A stretch of 14,016 nt of DNA from PVC group bacterium (GTDB lineage: Bacteria; Auribacterota; Erginobacteria; Erginobacterales; Erginobacteraceae). A program made the translations under genes and the position numbers. Below are positions 1 to 6,084 of the stretch, piece by piece. Positions within the stretch are counted from its first letter, which is position 1; every line of letters starts with the position of its first letter. Location: positions 1-14,016 of the forward strand of contig JAZDIV010000013.1 of NCBI GenBank assembly GCA_043804695.1, written 5' to 3'. The notes beneath the pieces are model-generated. The model worked only from the letters and a program-made list of their open reading frames with translations, was not told the DNA's origin and did not search any database.

Positions 1-46
1 AACCCGATTTATGCCTGCCTGCCGGCAGGCAGGCATAAATCGGGTT
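1..46. repeat. Perfect 46-bp palindrome (REP-like hairpin) with CCTGCCTGCCGGCAGGCAGG core
   Basis: AACCCGATTTATGCCTGCCTGCCGGCAGGCAGGCATAAATCGGGTT equals its own reverse complement. It starts at base 1, so it may extend beyond the window. Confidence 0.9.
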
Positions 47-62
47 AAGCCGGATAAAAAAG

Positions 63-92
63 TTGTATTTGCAACAATTATCTTTATATGAT
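63..92 (+). promoter_or_regulatory. Putative sigma70-type promoter for the motor operon
   Basis: TTGTAT (63-68), 18-nt spacer, TATGAT (87-92), in an AT-rich patch upstream of the first plus-strand gene. Motif match only. Confidence 0.35.
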
Positions 93-281
93 AGACACTG
101 ACCATAACGGTGCCTCCGTTTCGGTGACCGGCTGCTTCGCAATTTTACTGCTATTATTTTTTTCTTTGAAAAAATAATTAATGGGGGCGATCCATCCGTA
201 TGTCCATGGGGAATATGCCGGCGGGGGCGTGAAATACCTTTGGGGGCGGTGCCCCCATTAAATCATCGTTATCGAAGCAAC

Positions 282-310
282 AGCCCCCCGATTGAATCAG
301 TCGGGGGGCT
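282..310. other. GC-rich stem-loop in the 5' leader
   Basis: AGCCCCCCGA (282-291) pairs perfectly with TCGGGGGGCT (301-310) and can extend by 3 more pairs. No U-tract follows on the plus strand, so it is not called a terminator. Confidence 0.6.
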
Positions 311-376
311 CGGATAAATGACGAGCAAAGCAGCTAATGTACAACTCTCCCTCGGGAATTGTGGAGGCTTATTCAA

Positions 377-1225
377 ATGGTTAAATCATTCTTTACCCCT
401 GTTTCTCTTCTCCTGATCTTTCTTTTCGTCTCTTCCATCCTGTGTGCGGAGACGGCTGAACTGGCCGACCGGCAGGGGCTGGAAAGTGTCTGGAAACGAT
501 CGGGGAGGACCACGGGGGTGATCGACTACCCCTACAGCCCGCAGCCCGGCATTTACGGCGGGAAAGATGTCCGGCAGCTGGAAAACCGGGGATACATCTT
601 TATCAATCCCCGAACGGAGGAGTTCGCCGCCCGCCGCCCGGGCCGCCGGGCCGAGGAGGCGCCGGCCGCCCCCGTCGAGGCCGACTGCGCGGAGATCCGG
701 AAAGCTCTCGAGGACGAGGTGGTCCGGTCCACGCGGCTCCTGGAAGAGCAGCAGACATCTGCGGAAGACCTCCGCCAACTCAGCCAGAAAGCCGATGACC
801 AGGCGCTGAAGATCGAGGCCCTGGAGTTTGAAATCACCCAATTCGAGGAGCAGGCCGCGGCATCCGCCGGCGTGGCCGGCGTGGAGGGCGTGGTCGGCGG
901 CGGAATCGCGGGCGGCGGACCGGAGGTCGAGGAGACCGGCACCTACCTGGTCGAGAAAGACGACAACCTCTGGACTATCGCCGGCAAACCCGGAATTTAC
1001 AACGACCCCTACCGCTGGCTCCTTCTCTACCACGCCAACCGGGACCAGATCTTCGAGCCGGACCTCATCTATCCCGGCATGGTCCTGCTCGTTCCCCGCT
1101 ACCGGGGGATGGAGCGGCCGCCGAGCGCTCCGGCCGCAGAAGAACCTCCGGCCGCAGAAGAATCTCCGGTGGCAGAAAAGCCTCCGGCGGGGGCGGAAGA
1201 CGCTGAAAACGAGCAAGGAGACTAA
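377..1225 (+). CDS. Secreted protein with coiled coil and LysM peptidoglycan-binding domain
   Basis: ATG 377 preferred over TTG 359 because GGAGG lies at 363-367. N-terminal hydrophobic signal (FTPVSLLLIFLFVSSILCA), heptad-like helix (EIRKALEDEVV...EITQFEEQ), LysM motif YLVEKDDNLWTIA...LYHANRDQIFEPDLIYPGMVLLVP (about 941-1096), acidic Pro/Ala tail. Confidence 0.9.
   Translation: MVKSFFTPVSLLLIFLFVSSILCAETAELADRQGLESVWKRSGRTTGVIDYPYSPQPGIYGGKDVRQLENRGYIFINPRTEEFAARRPGRRAEEAPAAPVEADCAEIRKALEDEVVRSTRLLEEQQTSAEDLRQLSQKADDQALKIEALEFEITQFEEQAAASAGVAGVEGVVGGGIAGGGPEVEETGTYLVEKDDNLWTIAGKPGIYNDPYRWLLLYHANRDQIFEPDLIYPGMVLLVPRYRGMERPPSAPAAEEPPAAEESPVAEKPPAGAEDAENEQGD
1130..1201 (+). repeat. Four degenerate 18-bp in-frame tandem repeats (PAAEEP/PAAEES/PVAEKP/PAGAED)
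   Basis: CCGGCCGCAGAAGAACCT, CCGGCCGCAGAAGAATCT, CCGGTGGCAGAAAAGCCT, CCGGCGGGGGCGGAAGAC in the LysM-protein tail. Confidence 0.8.
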
Positions 1226-3349
1226 ATGGGAAAGACGGCTTCAATCTTCCCGGTCGGCCCCATCAGAAACGCTGGCCGGGCTGGCGCGGCGCTGCTGGTC
1301 CTGTTCTCCTTTTCGCCCGCTCATTCCCAGCCTCTCCAGCGGAGCGATGCGGCCCAGATCCAGGCCGACCTGGAGTCCTCCCTCCAGGACAAGCTTGACA
1401 CGCTGATCGGGCCCCGGAGGAGCATCGTCAACGTCAATGTCACCCTGATCGATCAGTTTGCCGGCCGGGACGCGCAGGCGGCCCGGGCGCTGGAGCGTCA
1501 CCCGGGCATCCGGGTGAAGGTTCCCGACGAGCAGGCGGCAATCAGCAGCGCGAACCGGGGAGATATCTCCAGCCTGCATATTATTATCGACGCCGACGAT
1601 ACCCTGCCGGAGGAGGATCTTGGCGCGGCGCCCGAGTACAACGGGAGAATCCGGGAGGCCGTTTCCCGATGGTCCCGGCTCAATCCGGCCCGGGGGGACA
1701 CGCTCAAGGTCAATCCGATGGAATGGGGAGATCACGCCCCCCCCTCCGCCGCCCAGCAGAACTATGTCCTTTACTCCATCCTGGCCCTGGTGGCGCTTCT
1801 GATCCTGATCGCCGCCATCTACTTCCCGATGCGGAAGCTGAAGGGCACGGCGCCGGCAGCGGCGATGGCGGGAGGCGCCGGGGAAACGGGCGCGCTCGCG
1901 GTCGGCGGAGCCGCGGCCCTCTCGGAAGAGGACCGCCGGAGTGAGAGGAAATCGGAGATGGAAGCGATGCGGGACATGCTCTCCGGGGTCGGAAGCACCG
2001 GCGATGCAACCGAAACCACCCTGACCGCGATCAGGGAACTGATGGAGCAGCAGCTGGCCGGCGGGGCCCGGAACGACACCGGGCTGCTGGAAGAGATCCG
2101 CGATCTGCTCGGGAACCCGCCGCAGGAATCCGACGCCCTCCTCACCGAGATGAGAGACACTCTCTCGGACATGCTCGATGAGCAGAGAAAAATCGCCGCC
2201 CGGGCCGGCATCGCCGCCGGCGCTCCGGGAGCGGCGGCCGCCGCGGCCGCGGCGGCGGGACCGGCAGGCGGTCCGACGGGAGAAGGCGGCGTCGACGATG
2301 CCATGGGGGCCGAGATCGTGGAAGCCCTGGAGACCCTGGAAGAGCTGATGTCCCAGCAGCTGGAGAAAACCCCCGACAAGGAAGGGATCGACCAGCCGTT
2401 CAAGTACCTCAAGTCCACCGACCCGGAGGACATCATTCTCCTGATCAGCGACGAGGAGCCGAAACTGGCGGCGGCGGTTCTTTCCCAGATTGATCCGAAA
2501 ACCGCGGCGGCGGTCTTTGAGGCGCTGGAGGACAACAAGCAGTTCGAGCTGGCCCGGGCCATGACGCAGCTCACCGAAGAAGAAGACATGGCGGAAGAGA
2601 TCAAGGACTTCCTGGAACGGAAGCTGAAGATCGTCCGTCTTCACAAGGACTATCAGCCGGTCACGGGGGTCCGGGTCCTGGCCGACATTCTCAGCACCAG
2701 CCGCTACGCGGTCGCCCGGGTGATGCTGGATAAGATGGAAGGCAAGAACCCGGCGATGGCGGCCGAGGTCCGGAAACGGATGTTCCTCTTCGAGGACATT
2801 CAGACCCTGCAGGACAAGGATGTCGAAATCATCATCCACAACCTCAGCCCGGAACTCCTGGCCTACGCGCTGACCGATACCGACGAGGAGACCCGGGCCA
2901 AGTTCTTGAAGAACATGACCGAGAAGGCCCGGGAGATGGTCCGGGAAGACATGGAATCGGTCAAGAAAGTGCAGCTCGAGGAGGAGGGGAAGGAACTTCC
3001 CTTCAACCAGGCTCTCCTCGGCGTCGACCAGAACATCATCGACGAAATCTTCCGGACGGTGGACCGGACCACCCTGAAAATGGCGCTCCGGGGAGCCTCC
3101 GAACAGGTGCAGGAGAAGTTTTTCAGCGGCCTGACCGAACGCGCGGTCGCCATGCTGAGAGAGGACCTGGAGGTGATGGGCGGCATCTCCCGGGACCGGG
3201 CGGATGAAGCCCAGGAAGAGATCATGAACATCCTCCGCCAGCTGAGCAGCAAGAACCTGTCGGCCCAGCATGAAATAATCGCCACCATCCGGAAACTCGA
3301 ACACGAGGGACAGATCACGGTCGCCCGTTTCCGGGAAGAGACGGTATAA
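1226..3349 (+). CDS. fliG: FliF-like ring domain / TM / FliG middle and duplicated C-terminal domain fusion protein (putative one-piece rotor)
   Basis: AAGGAG RBS; ATG directly follows the upstream TAA. Signal-peptide-like aa 1-34. FliF_C/RBM3-like aa ~45-167 (LESSLQDKLDTLIGPRRSIVNVNVTL...ISSLHIIID...IREAVSRWSRLNPARGDTLKVNPMEW). TM aa 180-200. FliG_M-like from aa 391 (PFKYLKSTDPEDIILLISDEEPKLAAAVLSQIDP). MFLFED (MFxF hinge) at aa 519. Torque-helix-like NMTEKAREMVRED and GLTERAVAMLRED. Terminal AQHEIIATIRKLEHEGQI. The FliG part is confident; the FliF-like part is moderately confident. Confidence 0.85.
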   Translation: MGKTASIFPVGPIRNAGRAGAALLVLFSFSPAHSQPLQRSDAAQIQADLESSLQDKLDTLIGPRRSIVNVNVTLIDQFAGRDAQAARALERHPGIRVKVPDEQAAISSANRGDISSLHIIIDADDTLPEEDLGAAPEYNGRIREAVSRWSRLNPARGDTLKVNPMEWGDHAPPSAAQQNYVLYSILALVALLILIAAIYFPMRKLKGTAPAAAMAGGAGETGALAVGGAAALSEEDRRSERKSEMEAMRDMLSGVGSTGDATETTLTAIRELMEQQLAGGARNDTGLLEEIRDLLGNPPQESDALLTEMRDTLSDMLDEQRKIAARAGIAAGAPGAAAAAAAAAGPAGGPTGEGGVDDAMGAEIVEALETLEELMSQQLEKTPDKEGIDQPFKYLKSTDPEDIILLISDEEPKLAAAVLSQIDPKTAAAVFEALEDNKQFELARAMTQLTEEEDMAEEIKDFLERKLKIVRLHKDYQPVTGVRVLADILSTSRYAVARVMLDKMEGKNPAMAAEVRKRMFLFEDIQTLQDKDVEIIIHNLSPELLAYALTDTDEETRAKFLKNMTEKAREMVREDMESVKKVQLEEEGKELPFNQALLGVDQNIIDEIFRTVDRTTLKMALRGASEQVQEKFFSGLTERAVAMLREDLEVMGGISRDRADEAQEEIMNILRQLSSKNLSAQHEIIATIRKLEHEGQITVARFREETV

Positions 3350-3350
3350 T

Positions 3351-3557
3351 ATGATCAAATTGTCCAGGCTGAACGGGCAGGAGCTGGTCGTCAACGCCGA
3401 GATGATCGAGAAGATCGAAGCCAAGCCCGACACCATCATCACCCTCACCACCGGAGATCAGTACATCGTCCGGGACACGGTGGATGAGATCATCGACAAG
3501 GTGACCCGGTATAAACGGGAGATCAACCTCCCCAGCAAGGATACAACAACTGGATAA
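3351..3557 (+). CDS. flbD: FlbD/SwrD family small flagellar-motor protein
   Basis: MIKLSRLNGQELVVNAEMIEKIEAKPDTIITLTTGDQYIVRDTVDEIIDKV matches the FlbD pattern (MIxLTRLNG...NxxxIExIExxPDTxIxL..G..xxV.E). It sits in its usual position directly upstream of motA. Confidence 0.9.
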   Translation: MIKLSRLNGQELVVNAEMIEKIEAKPDTIITLTTGDQYIVRDTVDEIIDKVTRYKREINLPSKDTTTG

Positions 3558-3563
3558 GGAATT

Positions 3564-4316
3564 ATGCGCCTCAGCACCATCATCGGTTTTATCATCGGCG
3601 GCTGCGTCATCTTCTTCTCCATTTACCTCCGCGGAGCGGAGATGGTCAAGGCCTTCGTTAACTACCCTTCGATGATCATCGTCTTTGGGGGGACGACAGC
3701 CGCCATCCTGATCAACTTCAGCTTCCGCCAGATTCTCAGCGGACTGAAGGCTTTTCGCTACACCCTGGTGGGAAGCATCATCGACCCGGAAGCGGTCATC
3801 AACCTGATCGTGGAGATGGCGGTCAAGGCCCGGAAGGAAGGTTTCATGTCCATCCGCAACCTCTCCACCCGGGGCCGTTACCCGCTGCTGGATATCGGGG
3901 TCGATCTGGTTGCCGACGGGACCGACCCGGGGGTCACCCGGGGCATCCTGGAAACGGTCTCCGATTACCTGCAGATGAAGATCGGCGCCGACGAGCGGAT
4001 CTGGCGGGATGTCGGGGTGTATGCCCCTCTCTACGGGATGGTGGGGACGCTGATCGGGCTGATCATGCTTTTAAGAACGCTGACCGACCCCCAGACCATC
4101 GCCCCCAACATGTCGATCGCCCTGGTAACCACCTTCTACGGGCTCATCATGGCCGGCTTGATCTGCATGCCGGTGGCGGGGAAGATCCATGTCTACAACA
4201 CCAACATGGCCCTGGCCCGGGAGATCATCATCGAAGGGATCGCCTCGATCCAGGCCGGGGACAACTCCCAGATCGTCCGGGAAAAACTCCGGGCCTATCT
4301 GGCCGGGCGGCAGTAG
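3564..4316 (+). CDS. motA: Stator A subunit, MotA/PomA/MotP family
   Basis: Four hydrophobic segments and motifs PSMIIVFGGT, ARKEG, LVADGTD, APLYGMVGTLIGLI, ALVTTFYG, EIIIEGIASIQAGDN...EKL. TAAGGA RBS upstream. Confidence 0.95.
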   Translation: MRLSTIIGFIIGGCVIFFSIYLRGAEMVKAFVNYPSMIIVFGGTTAAILINFSFRQILSGLKAFRYTLVGSIIDPEAVINLIVEMAVKARKEGFMSIRNLSTRGRYPLLDIGVDLVADGTDPGVTRGILETVSDYLQMKIGADERIWRDVGVYAPLYGMVGTLIGLIMLLRTLTDPQTIAPNMSIALVTTFYGLIMAGLICMPVAGKIHVYNTNMALAREIIIEGIASIQAGDNSQIVREKLRAYLAGRQ

Positions 4317-4343
4317 TCTTATTTTCCCGGAGGAAAAATAAGA
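4317..4343. repeat. 27-bp palindromic repeat, copy 1
   Basis: TCTTATTTTCCCGGAGGAAAAATAAGA, one mismatch to the copy at 11582-11608. Begins at the base after the motA stop codon. Confidence 0.9.
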
Positions 4344-4424
4344 ACTATTCCATCGCAGCCTTCTGACCGGGCGGAGATGAGTCAGCTCCCGATCGTTGCC
4401 TTCGAATGACAGGAAAGTATCCCC

Positions 4425-5240
4425 ATGGCCGACGACACCGACCTGACCCCTCAGGTCGAGCATGAACGGATCGCCCCCGAGACGGGGAGCGGCAGCATCG
4501 AGGGCGATTGGCCGCCCTACTGGATGGTCACCTACTCCGATATGGTGACCAACCTGATGACCTTCTTCGTCCTCTGGTACGCCCTGACCACGGCGGGCAT
4601 CGACCCCAGGATTATCAAAATTCGTACGGACGATTCGGTCATTATCCGGGGAATAGCAGAAAAAACCAACCTCGATCGAGTCACCGAGGAGGAGCTGCGG
4701 ATCCTGCGCCAGTTCCAGCGGCTCTCCCGGGATCAGCAGCGGATCGTTCTGGCCGAGATGCGGGCCCTCCGGATCAAGGCGGAAGAGGTGATGGAGTTCA
4801 TCCGGCAGGGACGGATGGAGAACGAGGTCGAGATGAAGGTGACGGCGGAAGACATCGTGATCATCCCCACCGCGCCCCTCGTTTTCCGGGAAGGGAGCGC
4901 CGACATCAGGGAATCCTTCTACCCGGTCCTGGACAAGATCGCCTGGCTGCTGAAGGAAACCGGGGCGTCGGTCCGGATCGAGGGACATACCGACGCCACC
5001 CCCATCCACCCCCGCCACCGGCAGAGGTTCCCGACCAACTGGGATCTCTCCGCCGCCCGGGCGATCTCGGTCGCCCGTTACCTGCTCGACGCCGGGGAGA
5101 TCCCCCCGGAGAGAATCGCCGCCGCGGCCTACGGCCCCTCCCGGCCGAAGTTCTCCAACGACGATCCGGACCTGATGCCCCGCAACCGCCGGGTCGAGTT
5201 TCACATCTTCATCAGCTCCGAATCGATCAGCAAGAAGTAG
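4425..5240 (+). CDS. motB: Stator B subunit MotB/PomB, paralogue 1 (TM Asp and OmpA-like PG-binding domain)
   Basis: WMVTYSDMVTNLMTFFVLWY with conserved Asp39. C-terminal IEGHTD...NWDLSAARA...AAYG...P...NRRVEF. Confidence 0.93.
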   Translation: MADDTDLTPQVEHERIAPETGSGSIEGDWPPYWMVTYSDMVTNLMTFFVLWYALTTAGIDPRIIKIRTDDSVIIRGIAEKTNLDRVTEEELRILRQFQRLSRDQQRIVLAEMRALRIKAEEVMEFIRQGRMENEVEMKVTAEDIVIIPTAPLVFREGSADIRESFYPVLDKIAWLLKETGASVRIEGHTDATPIHPRHRQRFPTNWDLSAARAISVARYLLDAGEIPPERIAAAAYGPSRPKFSNDDPDLMPRNRRVEFHIFISSESISKK

Positions 5241-5250
5241 CTATACCATC

Positions 5251-6084
5251 ATGGCCCATCGGATACCAAAGTCGGCAGAGGATACCGGGAAAGCGGAGTG
5301 GCCGCCGGAGTGGATGACCACCTACTCCGACATGGCCACCCTCCTGATGACCTTCTTCATCATCCTCTCCTGCATGCTCGCCCTCAACATCGACATCACC
5401 TGGGTGTCGGGACAGAAAATGATCTCGCTGGTTCCCGAGGAGATCCAGGACACGACCGACATCGAGCTGTCCCGGGAAGAGAAAGACCTCCTGAAAAAGA
5501 TCCGGGAGCTGAAGCAGCAGCAGATGATGGAGCTGGCCAAGATTAACGAGATGCAGCGGATGGCAAAAGAGGTCCAGCAGTACATCATCGACGCCAACCT
5601 GAGCAGCTTTGTCCGGGTCGAGGTCAGCAAGTGGAAGCTGAAGATCGTCCCGGTCGCCCCCTTCCTTTTCCGGCCGGGCAGCGCCGCTCTCAAGGCGGAG
5701 GGGAAGACCTTTCTCACGGCCCTCTCGAAATTTTTCCTCTACAGCCCGACCGCCCAGGTCCGGATAACGGGGCACACCGACGATGTCCCGATCAAAACCC
5801 CGCGCTTCCCGTCCAACTGGGAGCTGAGCTGCGCCCGGGCCACGGTCGTGATGCGCTACCTGACCGATGAATGCGGCCTTGACCCCCAGACCCTGAGCGC
5901 GGTCGGCTACGGGCCCTATCAACCGGTCATGTCCAACGCCACCCCGGAGGGCCGGGCAAAAAACCGGCGGGTAGAGATTGAAATCATCCAGCGTCCGGGA
6001 TTACCGGTTCAATTGCCCGAATCCGGCGAAACCGGGGTTATCGACGCGGAGGGCAGTGCCAAGGCGAAAAATTCGGAGATCTGA
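5251..6084 (+). CDS. motB: Stator B subunit MotB/PomB, paralogue 2 (TM Asp and OmpA-like PG-binding domain)
   Basis: WMTTYSDMATLLMTFFIILS with conserved Asp27. C-terminal ITGHTD...NWELSCARA...VGYG...P...NRRVEI. Confidence 0.93.
   Translation: MAHRIPKSAEDTGKAEWPPEWMTTYSDMATLLMTFFIILSCMLALNIDITWVSGQKMISLVPEEIQDTTDIELSREEKDLLKKIRELKQQQMMELAKINEMQRMAKEVQQYIIDANLSSFVRVEVSKWKLKIVPVAPFLFRPGSAALKAEGKTFLTALSKFFLYSPTAQVRITGHTDDVPIKTPRFPSNWELSCARATVVMRYLTDECGLDPQTLSAVGYGPYQPVMSNATPEGRAKNRRVEIEIIQRPGLPVQLPESGETGVIDAEGSAKAKNSEI

Noticed and set aside
181..345. c-di-AMP (ydaO) or c-di-GMP-I riboswitch, prompted by CAGCTAA and GCAAAGC upstream of a LysM/motor operon
   Set aside because: The other conserved blocks are not found in the right order, and these bases are better explained by the 25-bp repeat family. 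An Rfam scan would settle it.
359..376. TTG start at 359 for the LysM gene
   Set aside because: GGAGG at 363-367 lies inside this extension and is correctly spaced for ATG 377.
1241..3451. 736-aa minus-strand ORF and other long antisense or alternate-frame ORFs (386-1216, 4071-5204, 4508-5317, 5227-5922, 7637-8383, 10076-11002, 10861-11499, 12986-13966)
   Set aside because: They shadow well-supported genes and show no recognisable motifs; long stop-free antisense frames are expected with GC-rich codon usage.
4344..4424. Small RNA or mobile-element remnant between motA and motB1
   Set aside because: Only a weak 4-bp GGAG/CTCC stem beyond the 27-bp palindrome; there is no second copy or recognisable consensus.
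3564..6084. Zorya (ZorAB) defence system or TolQR/ExbBD energiser
   Set aside because: MotA is normal length with no long ZorA tail, no ZorC/D/E-like genes are present, the motifs are flagellar-stator type, and flbD and FliG domains are adjacent.
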